Positions 35,875 to 48,107 of a stretch of 64,000 nt of DNA are shown here, piece by piece. A model generated the notes under the pieces. That model was not told the DNA's origin, made no database searches, and saw nothing but the letters and a program-made list of their open reading frames with translations. Each line of letters starts with the position of its first letter. The stretch's first letter is position 1. The stretch is from Azolla caroliniana (lineage: Eukaryota; Plantae; Polypodiophyta), in contig JBHGNT010000008.1 of assembly GCA_043228905.1 (NCBI GenBank), forward strand, positions 17,670,001 through 17,734,000. The letters run 5' to 3'. The position numbers and the translations under genes were made by a program.

Positions 35875-38000
35875 CTAACCTTATGACATTATGTTATATG
35901 TGATTCATGAAGCCCATGGAAAAACTTATGTGACAATTAGCATATCCACTTATTGTTTTAGATGATGTAGTCTAGCACATTGATAATTTTTTGCCATTAG
36001 ATCATGCATCACAAAATTTAATATCTCTTGATATCCCTTCAACTCTACATCTATTGGCCAATAAGTTAACAATGAGTTAAATCTATCAATCAAATTAACT
36101 AGGAGACTTAATTTCTATTTCCTTCTAAAGGCATGATGAATTCCATAATATCTAATTATTTGTCAACATTCGCAAGAAACACTTCCCATGCCTCATACCC
36201 ATCAAATTCAACACGATAGGCAAATACATCAATCGACAAATATAGGCATGGAAGACCTCATGATCAAAAAATGATAAGTTAAACATCAATGGTGATTTTC
36301 CTAATAATTCGTGAAAAGCTCTAGTGGAGTGGTGCATGAATTCAAAAATTAATGGGAAATAAGAAACAAGACTATCCAAAATCTCTAGAAAAACCCTTCA
36401 ATATGCATTACATAAATTCGATCCAACCTATTTGAAGTATCCTTATATTGAGCCGATTGAAAGGTATAACCAAGTTCATCTCCCTTAATCCATTTCCATA
36501 CATTCCTTAACACTTCAGTATCACCCACTCTTGAGCCTTTGGTTCATCCACAATAAAGTGGATAGATGTTGATTGATCTGCCTCACAACAAACGTTAAAA
36601 TCTCCTATCAATAAACTTAGTTGACCATTATCAAGCATTGAGATAAGAGATCTCCATAACAATTCCATTCTTGTGAAACATTTGATGCATACACACCAAT
36701 TAACTAAAGTCCTTGCTCTTCACAACACATCTCAATCATTATAAATCTTCCAAATTCATTTGAAACAATTATTTTTGGGTGACATTTGTCTCCAATAACT
36801 ATGACAAAGCTAGAATAATCCCCATGAACATTGCCAACATAACATAGTGTATAACCCTTAGAATGACTAATTAATCTAGCATTATAATGATATTTATGCT
36901 TTATTGCACATAAAACATCTCATTGCTGACTTAACACAATCCTCCAAACCTCATGCATTCTAGATCTAGAACACAATCCCCTCATATTCCATGTTGTGAT
37001 CGTCATACTTTATTTTTTCCTTTAATCCGAGAAATCTCCTTCTACTTCATTGTTAATGTTTCAGCCATATCTTGAAATAAATCCCCTAAAATTGCATAGG
37101 AATTGTTGTGGGAATGGAAAACTCCAAACCCGGATGACTCCTCATGTGGATGATGCATCAATTTCTGTTTAATCCAATGAGTATATTGATTACATGTACT
37201 ATCAAAAGACAATTTCTTCATATAGTCCTCCTAACAATTATTACCTTTATTTTTTTGCATGATTTTTTTTGTTGAATTGGTGTTACCTTTTATGTGGATA
37301 CATTATGCCCAACACTCTTACTAAGTTTCTTCATATTTCCAGAAACTATTGACCATTGCCCTATAACCTCTAAAGTCTTTCTTTCCTTGTCATTCATAAA
37401 ATGTTGTTCCTTTATTTGCTCTAAAATTGTTAAAGTTTGAACCGAATCATTGTTTGTAGGCTCTTAATGTACAATTTCCATTGCATTATTTATTTTCTGA
37501 GGACACTTGGCCTAAAAATGCCCTAACACACCACAATGGAAACAACGTGTTGCAAATGTACCCCATTTAAGCTGAAAATGCATATGAGGCATACTAGAGC
37601 ATGCAATTTGCAAACAACTTGGCCTCTTAATAGTTGCATTTTAAAGAATACACATCCGATATTGATTTTGTGCATTAGTACTAGGAGGTACCAAGATCTT
37701 TCCTAACTTTTCCATTGTTGTTCGTAATATTGACCATACCTAACACTCTTGCTTCAATATATATTTTTATTCCACTAATGGCCTCCAAGGAACACAACTT
37801 TTTTCATAAAAATCTGACAATCTATTGACTAATTTCTCTTTATGCTCCTATGATATCGAAACAACCTTATACAACCCACGAGGACCGACATAAACATCTT
37901 GAACACAATCAACATGTAAAATCCCATATAACCATTGTTTGAGCCTCCAAAAGAAATATTAGAGATATGATCTAATATAAGCATGAGATAAGGATGTTAG
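35875..38000 (-). mobile_element. Decayed L1/Tx1-like LINE, 5' region (ORF1 zinc knuckle + endonuclease)
   Basis: CFHCGVLGH..KCP at about 37500-37546; 35875-36455 homologous to 50885-51495. Confidence 0.7.
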
Positions 38001-38399
38001 ATAGACAAATAAGAAAGGAGAGAGAGAAAGAAGTGTGTCAATCCACCCGACCACCCCCAACATATCATTACAATCATCTACAATACCGTTGTGTTTTCTT
38101 ATCCCCTCTTGGACTTGCTACTAACTCAACCATGCATGCATCCTTTAAGGATTTTGGAGAATTTAGAGACATATACATATTCTTAATAACACTAGCATCT
38201 ATATGACAAAAAAATATGTGAGACCTGACTTACAAGTGATTTTGTTGGAGAAGGAAACAAAGCAAGCGACAATGGGCTACATACAACCGAATGAAGATTT
38301 TGCTTGTAATGTTCTACAAAAACCACCAAATGAGATAAACAATTATTATTTAGAAATCTCTTTGTGCAAGATTCGAAAGGAGCCAAAGAACAAAGGAAT

Positions 38400-38691
38400 C
38401 ACATATCAAATATTGGCCTCAAATAGGATTTGAGACAATGCTTTACCATTAGTATAAATATTGTAACGCATAAAATATTATTTCATTTGTTATTTCACAA
38501 AATAATTTAGAAAATTCACAAATATTCTAGAATACTCTAAAACTTTCCAGAAACTCCAGGAATACTCCCGAAGACCCTATAAATAGAGATATATTTTACT
38601 ATTCATAACCAATTTGGGTCAACATTAATGTCAAGCCTCTAAGTTGTTCTTATCTTTGTACTCTTTTCTTGTAATATATTTCCCTTTTATC

Positions 38692-38741
<50 letters not shown>
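38400..38741 (+). mobile_element. Old LTR remnant related to the 48019-48449 LTR, ending in (CT)n
   Basis: Colinear similarity (ttgtaa..aaaatattattt, ttctagaa, ctataaa, aagcctc, CT tract). Confidence 0.55.
38695..38741. repeat. (CT)n microsatellite; others at 42832-42872 (AG), 44123-44154 and 51496-51531
   Basis: Visible dinucleotide runs. Confidence 0.95.
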
Positions 38742-38744
<3 letters not shown>

Positions 38745-39139
38745 AATAATGGCTTTCATTACGAAAGAAAAAACACCACCATGACTAACTTACTACAAAG
38801 TATAGAACCCTTCTATCTAGGGATCTAAAGAATACTACGACACCAAACTCAATGTCACCCTACACACCAATTCAAATGGCGAATATGATGATATGTGACC
38901 TTGCAGAGTTCTCTCTCTTCTTGGTTGAGATTTCGTGACTTCTCTAGCACTGTCAATTGCCACAAAAGAAGTCCTTTTAACTTTAGAACATATTTTCTCA
39001 CCCCAACTTGCTGTCATGATTTAGCACGGTATGGCTTCAAAAGGATTTGAACCCATGACCTTGTGGCACATGGGTGAAAGCCTTACCATTAAGCTATACA
39101 TTATAACAAAAAATATATAGCTATACATTATAATACCAT

Positions 39140-42100
39140 TAAGCCGAGACAGCCGAAGGTTAATGGGGAGCGGGGTCGAAGCAGACTTGGCCGAGTGCAT
39201 GTTGAAGCGTTCCAAGACACATCCAATGTAGTCAGTTTGAGACAAGAAAAGTTGTCGTGTATCGCGATGCCGACTAATCTTCATACCAAGTATGTGTCTT
39301 GCTGGACCGAGGCCCTTCATGGCAAACTTCAACCGCAGTTTCCGAATGAGTTCGGCGAGATCTCCGGCATGGCGGCCGGAGAGTAGCATGTCGTCCATGT
39401 AAATGATGAGGAAGACGGGAGACCTGGCTTGAGCTGTTTTGGTGAAGAGACAGTGGTCCTCATCGCTCTTGGAGAAGCCTACCAACTGGATGAAGTCGTC
39501 GAACTTCTTGTACCACTGTCGGGGTGCCTGTTTCAGGCCAGATAAACTCTTCCCGAGTCGGTAGACTAGATGTTCTTGGCCGGATGCCACAAAGCCTTTC
39601 GGTTGCTCCATATAGATTTCCTCCTGTAGGTCACCATGGAGGAATGCCGTTTTTACATCTAGCTAAATCAACTCCAAGTTGTCGGCGGCCACGACGCCGA
39701 GCATGAAACAAAGGGTTGTCATTTTCACCACTGGTGAAAAGATTTCATCGAAGTCGACGCGATGTTCTTGTCGAAATCCCTTCGCAACTAATCTAGCCTT
39801 GTACTTTGGGTTGGTCGAGTCAGACGTCTCTTTTAGTCAATAGACCCACTTGCACGGAAGAGCATGTCGATTCTTCGGTAGTTCGACCAAATCCCAAGTC
39901 TTGTTTGCGCGAATGGAATGCATTTCCGACTCCATCACCAGATGCCAGGTGGTTGAGTCGGTAGATGCGGATGCTTCTTCGTAAGACGTCGGTTCACCGA
40001 CATCGGTAAAGAAAATTCTGGGAGAGTACCTTTCCGGAGGTTGCGACAGTCTCTCAGATCTTCGAGGTATGATTGGACTAGTCACATCGGGTATAGATGT
40101 CGGATGGTTGGAAGCCGAGTCACTCGGCTATGCTGAATCGGTGGATTCAGTGCGGGAGGTGTCGGTTACCCGTGAAACCGATCTCGTGTTGTGGGATGGG
40201 TCTTCATGAAGGGTTGGCACTTCAGAGAATATTACCCTTCGGACTTCAATAGGCCTTTCGGCCGTTTTATGCATAGTCGACTCGTTGAACACGACATCTA
40301 AACTTCGGACGATTTGTCTGTGCTCGGGGTCCCAGAGTCGGTATCAGATCTCGTCGTTGGGTCCATATCCAAGGAAAATGCATTTCCTTGATCTTGGTTC
40401 GAGTTTTCGGTGGTCGTCTTTCAGTATGAGGGCATACGTCTCACAGCCGAAGATCTTGAGCTTGTCATAATTCGGCTTACTGCCGGTTCATGTTTCCTGA
40501 GGTATTTTAAGTCCTAGAGGTTTACTTGGCGACATATTGATTATGTGTACTGCCGTAAGTAGAGCCTCAACCCAGAAGCCATCCGACAGTCCAGAGTGTT
40601 GGAGCATGGATACTACGCGTTCTTGAATCGTCCGATTCATGCGTTCTGCAATTCCGTTCTGCTCTGGACTATAAGGTGCTGTATATTCACGTCGAATGCC
40701 GCGTACTTGGCGACATATTGATTATGTGTACTGCCGTAAGTAGAGCCTTAGCCCAGAAGCCATCCGACAGTCTAGAGTGTTGGAGCATGGATACTACGCG
40801 TTCTTGAATCGTCCGATTCATGCGTTCTGCTCCGGACCGTAAGGTGTCGTATATTCACGTCGAATGCCGCGTTCCCGGCAAAATTTGACGAATTCTTCAG
40901 ACTTGAATTCTCCTCTGTTGGTGGTTCGGAGACATTTCAGTTTCCGACCGGTCTGATTTTCGACCATTGCAAGCCATTCGGAGAAGCTCGAGAACACCCA
41001 ATCTTTGGTTCTAATGGGGTAAGCCCACACCTTCCGAGTCGAGTCCTCAATAAAACTGACGAAGTACGAAGCACCGCCGAGAGACTGATGTGGCATCAGG
41101 CCACAGACGTCCGAATGGACCAAATTGAGGGGACTTGATTCTCTTGGTGCTGATGTCGGGTGTGATGCGGCTACCTGTTTGCCGTACTGGCAATGCTCGC
41201 AGAATTGGTGATCTGAGAAGGAGAGTTTGGGGATGTAACCGGCTCTGGATAGGTGCGTTATGCCGGCCTTGCTGAGGTGTCCAAGTTGTATGTGCCATAA
41301 CGATGACACGGGGATGTCAACCAAAAATAGGTCACCCTCTTTGAGTGTGACATATAAAGGGTACAAGGAATGTACCTTTGGTCCGACTGAGATCAAGGGT
41401 CTTGGAAGCTTAGGAACGTGTCAGACGTTGTGTAGTACGAGTGTAGAGCCACCCGGAAGGTTGAGCTCTACGGCGCTGATTCTGATTATGGCACAGTGCT
41501 ACGAGTTTCTGACTCGAACTGAGTCGGAGTGCTGGTCCGAGTATTGCCGAAACTGAGATCGGTGAGGTGTCACATGATACGATGCGCCCGAGTCCAGGAG
41601 CCATGGGCTCGATTCCTCAGTCGTAAGCAAAACTTCTGATTCGACTGGGTTCTCTATGGACAATATGTTCGGGTCGGTCGTCAAAATTTCAGATGAAGAG
41701 CCGACGTAGTTGACCTCCTCATGTCGGCTACTATTCTGATCCACTCTCTGAGCTTTGTTGGTTTTTGCTTTGAGTGCCCGACAGTTGGCTTTGATGTTTC
41801 CCGGTTTCTTGCAGTAGTTGCAGATTCGGTTGTCCCGGAACTTGCTCCAGCTTCGTTGATTGTTCGGCGGTCGGGAAGAACTTCTTCCCCGGTTGTTCGA
41901 TCGGTCGGTCGAACCTTGTACTATGTAAGCTTCATCTACCGAGTCTTTGGCGAAAGACTTTCTTCGAGCTGCTTCAGTCAGGATTGCGCTCGTGACTTTG
42001 GAGTATTTAATGACAACTGTTGAAGCATTGCACACGGTTGTAACGAAAGTTTCCCATGAAGAGGGGAGACTACTCATGAGTATCATTGCTCTGAGTTCAT

Positions 42101-42828
42101 CCTCGATTGCCGTCCCCTGAGACAAGATTTGGGAGCTTATGCTTTCGTACTCGTTGAGGTGTTCCTGAACCGAATCAGATTCTTTCATCCGCAAGTTGTA
42201 GAGGCGTCAGATCAGATACGTCTTCGTTGCGGCGACATTCTTTTCATAAGTTTCCAACAACGTTTTCCAAAGTTCAAAAGCTATCATGCATGATTGCACT
42301 GTGAAGTACATTGACTCCGACAAGTGCATCCGAATCGATTGTTTGGGCTGATTCTGATTCAGATGACTTCATCGATGAGAGGGACGGATCCAACTGATCC
42401 TCCCGAATGTCGATAAGTTGAATGAAGCACACATTTAGTTGTTGCTAGGAGACCAATCTGCAGCGGGTGGTTACAACAAGAGGGTGAATAATGTCCGGTG
42501 ACCTATTTAGATGTTGTTTAACCAAATGAAGCGCGATTGGGCCGGGTGTTGCACAAGGAGCTCACCTCAAGTGGTTACAATCATAGGAACAGAGTACATC
42601 CGACTAGCTTACTCCAATTAGTGATTTAACACAGTGAGATGCAGACTTCTTGTTTATCTTCTCTCTTCTCTGTTCTTCAAGAAAAACAGAAATAGAATGT
42701 TGGGTGGTGTACTATGACAGCCAGTAGCGGGTTGAAGAACCTCCAACGCTTGGGGAACAAGGTCATCAGTGCGGAAGAACAAGCAACATTTGTGATGGTG
42801 AAGAACCTGCGTATGTGAATAAAACAAT

Positions 42829-42876
<48 letters not shown>

Positions 42877-43078
42877 GCACAAAGAAACGTTATATTTCTC
42901 AATAGCAACAGTTACAACAATGACAAAAAACAACCCCCCAAAACTAAAGGTTACAAAGTCACTTTATATAGTGACTATCCTAGGGCAACTGCCCTTTATG
43001 CTATTTATAGAAATAACCTAAACTTGGGCTGTCCAAAGGGACAGTGTGAATACGGCCATTATACACTCGTATTCAACA
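39140..43078 (-). mobile_element. Ty1/copia (LTR, gag, PR, IN, RT; 3'-truncated) inserted in the chromovirus 5' LTR
   Basis: LTR begins TGTTGAATAC at 43078; CNYCKKPG, WLLDSGASYH, LVHSDVCG, YMDDMLL; about 180-bp tandem duplication 40528-40880. Confidence 0.9.
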
Positions 43079-44030
43079 AGTACTAATCTTCATCTCTTAT
43101 TACTATTTCCCTCTTTGTTTCAGTACTATTCCTGATACTTTGAACCGATTTTATTTCCTTCTTCTTACTCCTCCCTCCCTTCATACTAATTCTCATATCC
43201 CTCCTTTCTCTAATACTATGGCCACTGTTAGCGCTCAAGAATATCAATCCGTTTTCTCAGAGTTGCAATGCTTGAAAGAGAACTTTCTCACATTGGAACA
43301 AGAAAATCAACGGTTGTTGGGGGATCTTCAACAAATATCCTTAGAAAAACAACATACACAACAACATGGGGAACTAGTGTTACGCGTGCAACAACTTGAA
43401 GCAACCATTGTAGCGTTGCAACAACAAGGGCCAAGTACGCAAGGGATTCATAAAGAACCCAAGATCGACCTTCATGAAATTCGATGGAACGCGATCACAA
43501 TTTAGAGGATTCCTTAATTAGGTATGATTAGTCATTCAAATGCATCCTTCCTGATATCCCACCGATGCATCACGAGTGGGTCTAGTAGGCACGTTGTTAA
43601 GTGGCTCAGCTTTGGCATGGTTCGAATGGAATCTCTATTACTAAACAATTTTGAAGAGTTTATAAGCGAATTTAAAGCTTGTTTTGGAGATATTGATAGC
43701 ATAAGGATGCAATCAACAAAATCCGCCAATTACACCAAGGTGATCGTCCAGCCTCTGCATATGCTGCAGATTTCCATCTACTCGCCTCTGATATCCCCTG
43801 GGATGACCAAGCATTAATGGAGCAGTTTCGTTATGGCCTACGTAACGATGTCAAGGATTTACTCTTGACTTTCCCCGAAGAACCAAAGTCATTGACAGAA
43901 GCAATCAGTCGCGCGGTTCGATGTGATAACCGCCTCTTCGAAAGACGTTCGGAACGTCAACTCCAAATGCTGAGGACAAGATCGGAGCCCACCTACCCTT
44001 TAGTTGTAGCAAAGCCATTCCCAAGGGAGT

Positions 44031-44118
44031 TGTCATGATATGACCTGGGATATACACCAGTCTTAAGCCTCCTAGCCATCATTGTATATTCTTTTCACAT
44101 AATATATCGCTGTCATCA

Positions 44119-44156
<38 letters not shown>

Positions 44157-44545
44157 TCTCTCAAGTGTTCTACACCCTCTTTTCCTCTTAGTACTAATAT
44201 TCATCTCTTAGTACTAATTTCCTCTCTATCTCAGTACTATTCCTGACAGTTTGAACCGATTTGGTTCGAAATAATGCCTTGTGCCTCCTTTTATAGTGTT
44301 CTCAGGAGTACTCCTGAAGTTTCTAGAATGTTCCAGAGAAATCTGGAATATACATCAATTTTCTATAGTAAAACTTAAATGAAAATATATAGTCTAATGG
44401 TCAAGAGCTCAACCTATGTAACATAGGGTCATGGGTTCGAGTTTGGCCATGAAAATATATATATATTACAATATATAGTCTAATGGTCAAGAGCTCAACC
44501 TATGGAACATAAGGTCATGGGTTCGAGTTTGGCCATATCGTGACA
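44031..44545. mobile_element. Fold-back chimera of two oppositely oriented Tcn1-family LTR pieces
   Basis: 44031-44248 is a plus-strand LTR with most of U3 deleted. About 44250-44545 is a reverse-complement U3 ending TATCGTGACA. It replaces the host protease region. Confidence 0.8.
44385..44536 (+). ncRNA. Two tandem tRNA-like modules (86-bp period)
   Basis: TAGTCTAATGGTCAAGA...CCTATG-taa-CATAGG...GGGTTCGAGT at 44385-44450 and 44471-44536. Confidence 0.6.
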
Positions 44546-45191
44546 CTCGTCGTAGATTACTGTGGCTTGAATAAGGTCACCATCAGGAATAGGTATGCAC
44601 TCCCCCTTATCTCAAGTCTTTTAGAACGGATCAATGGTGCAAGGTTCTTCACAAAGATCGACTTACGAGGAGCATATAACCTCGTACGGATCCGACCAAG
44701 AGATGAATGGAAGACTGCGTTTCGCACCAAATATGGGCACTTTCAGTATACGGTCATGCCATTTGGTCTCACTAACGCGCCAACAGTCTTCCAACACATG
44801 GCAAATGATATATTCTGAGATCTCTTGGATGTTTGTTTGATCATCTATTTGGATGATCTACTGGTTTATTCGAAGACCCAAGAAGAGCACGATTCTCATG
44901 TACTATTAGTACTAAAACAACTTCGAACTAGAAAAATGTAGTTTCGAGTGCCACCAAGTGGAATTCTAGGCTATGTCATCTCCTCGGAAGGCATCTCTAT
45001 GGATCCAGTTAAGGTTAAAACTGTGGCAGAGTGGTAGAATCCATGTTCATTGCAAGATGTGTAATGATTTTTAGGCTTCACCAATTTCTACCGCAAGTTT
45101 ATATAGGATTACTCTGAAAGCTTATTCTGCCTCTCACACAACTTGCCAAGAAGGGGTAATCATTTGTTTGGTCTAAAGAAGCGGACATGGT

Positions 45192-45632
45192 TGTTACCGT
45201 ATGAGATGTACGGGTAATTGATAAGTGTGATAAGTGAGGGTGAAAGATGTAATGCGTTGATATGTAGGTGTCATGTTATATGATTATGAGTGTGAGTGTG
45301 GTAGATACAAAGAGGTGTTAGTGAGTGACTAGGTGTGAATGCCAAGGGGGCTTGCACCCTTGTGGATCTACCCCTTTGTACCTATTTAACCCCTTATGGG
45401 GAATGAATGAATACAATAACCATTTCTCTCTCCCTCTCTCTCTACCCTCCCCTTAAAGTTGAACCCCCTTGGGAGGGGGTTGGAGCCATTCTAGGCACCA
45501 CCCCCCACCTCGCAATGCTTCTCAATTCTTATCAACCTCTTCATGATCTCTCTCACCATCATACTCTCCATCATCTTCATTATTACACCATGTCTATCAT
45601 TACCATTAACCCTAACCCTAAAACCTATAACA
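45192..45632. mobile_element. Solo LTR in chromovirus pol
   Basis: TGTTA...TAACA termini, TSD ATGGT/ATGGC, host frame EADM|AFVSLKKAF. Confidence 0.8.
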
Positions 45633-45897
45633 ATGGCTTTTGTGAGTCTTAAGAAGGCATTTACATCAACTCGTATTCTAGCTCATGTTGATCCGAAAAA
45701 ACCGTTCATCATTGAGGCTGACACGTCGGATTTCGCCTTGGGTAGCATTCTGTCACAACAAGGCGATGATGAAAAGCTACATCCTGTGGCTTTCCACTCA
45801 CGCAAGTTTGACGCCGCCAAAATCAACTACGAAATTCATGGCAAGGAGCTATTAGCAATAGTGGACTCTTTTACACAATGGAGGCATTTTCTAGAGC

Positions 45898-46074
45898 GAG
45901 TCGATTTTTTCGTGCGTGCTGCATCGGTAAAAAACCCCCTAAGAATATGTCGTCTATTTGCCTGCCAACAAAACGATTACACTTCAGTCATACCTTTCAG
46001 TTCAGTGTTGCTCGAACTATGCTATCCATGATGGGTAGCACATCCTGCTCTTTTGTATCCACATCAATCGACTC
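45898..46074. mobile_element. 177-bp insertion with 9-bp TIR
   Basis: GAGTCGATT...AATCGACTC; interrupts RNase H WRHFLE|PHQVTV. Confidence 0.55.
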
Positions 46075-48034
46075 CTCATCAAGTCACTGTTACATTCAAT
46101 GATCATAAAAATCTTGCCTACTTCCAGAATGCTCGTGTATTAAATCAACGTCAAGCTCAGTGGGCCCAATTCCTCACTCGTTTTGACTTCAAAATTACAT
46201 ATCGCCTTGGGAAGCTGCAAGGAAAGGCAGATGTGTTATCACGACGTTCGTATCTAGCACCACGTTCCGGTGAGGCAACATTCGATAATTAAAAGCAAGT
46301 AATCCTGGGACCGGCACGACTGCAAGCAACGCGGGTTTTTGATACGCCGTTGGATTCCCACATTATCGATACCATACGTAAGGACTTGAAGACAGACGCT
46401 TTTGCTCAAGCCATTCTAACACAAATTGACCCCTCTTGGGCATCTTGTTCACAATCACAATAACTAGGTACAGATTATCGACAATTCGAATGTCATCATG
46501 GATTACTATTCTTTAAGAAACTCTTGTATGTTCCTAATGGTTATTGTCGCCTTCAAGTAGTCCAAAATTGTCATGACACATATACAATTGGGCATTTCGG
46601 TAGTACTAAAACGTTAGATTTAGTACAACGATCATTCTGGTGGACCCAAATGCGATGATTTGTCAAAGACTATGTTCGGACATGTGATACATGTTGTAGA
46701 GCAAAGATGCCAAGACATCATCCATATGGTTTATTGGAACCATTACCAATTCCAAGAAAGCCGTGGCATTCCATTTCTCTAGATTTCATCACAGATCTTC
46801 TAATTTCAAAGGGATTCGATGCCATCTTAACAGTAATAGATTGATATATGAAGGTGGCACATTTTCTACCTTGTACTAAGGAAATCACTAGTGAAGAAAC
46901 CACTGAAACTGTCATGCGAGAGGTATGTCGGCATCATGGCCTCCCCGATAGCATCATCAACGACCGTGGACCCCGATTCGTCTCGAAATTCTGGAAGCAT
47001 CTCTTCAAAATGCTCAAGGTCACTTGTAATCTCTCCTCCAGCTATCACCCACAAACAAACGGACAAGCAAAACGAATGAATCAAATGCTAGAACAATATC
47101 TTCGATGTTTTCTAAGCCATCAACAAGATGGCTAGGCAGATATTCTCCACTTTGCCAAAATTGTGTATAATAACTCTGTCCACTCATCGACTAGGGTTAC
47201 ACAATTTTATGCTTATACGGGCTATCATCCGCGGTGGTGTGTATTCGAAACTCCGGAGTTACCCACAAATCCTTGTGCAGAGGATCATTTGGAGTGGCTA
47301 CGCAAGATACAAGCGAACTTATCTACTCATTTACAACAAGCTCAACAAACACAAAAGGATTATGTGGATCGTCATCGGCTTCCATCCAGATTTAACATTG
47401 GAGATCGGTTATGGATATTATGACGACACATCAAGACTACTCACCCATGCGATAAATTGGACTATCGGCAATTAGGTCTTTTCCGTATTATCGGAAAAAT
47501 TAATGATGTCGCTTTTTGTCTCGATCTACCTCCGCAACTATGGATACATCCAGTTTTTCATAGTTCTCTTCTCGAACCGTATCATGATAACACTATTTCG
47601 AATCGTATTACACCACCTCCACCCTCGATCGAATCAACTAATTCGTTGTTAGTAAGTGAAGTACATACAAGATCTATCAACATCCAAATTAGCAATCTAA
47701 CTTATCGAGTCTCGAAACTAACATCTCATCTAGAACTACATCCCAAAGATTATTCATCCCAAAGAGGTTTATGGAGGGTGAGCTTGAAGCCAGATTGGAG
47801 TACGAAGTAGATGTCATCCTCGATTCCAAGATTGTTCGCAACAAGCTCTATTATTTGGTCGATTGGCTAGGCTACAGTCCAAGTGAGCGTACTTGGGAAC
47901 CAGTCGAGAATGTGATAAATGCTCGAGCTCTTGTTGAGGACTTTCATCGACGATATCCCGACAAACCTGGTCCTCCATCAAAGACGACCTGTAGCACTCA
48001 TCGTCTTAGGGGGGGTAATGTCATGATTTCACTT

Positions 48035-48107
48035 GGTATGGCTTCAAAAGGATTTAAACCCATGACCTTGGGGCACACGGGCAGAAACCTTACCATTAAG
48101 CTATACA
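48035..48107 (-). ncRNA. tRNA-like Pol III module in the chromovirus LTR (second copy 39028-39100)
   Basis: TAGCTTAATGGTAAGG ... GGTCATGGGTTYAAATCCTTTT. Confidence 0.6.

Noticed and set aside
42654-43021. SLSLSL/ERERER ORFs (also 51361-51543)
   Set aside because: Translations of (AG)n microsatellites.
47771-48010. Host chromodomain gene
   Set aside because: It is the integrase C-terminal chromodomain directly before the PPT and 3' LTR.
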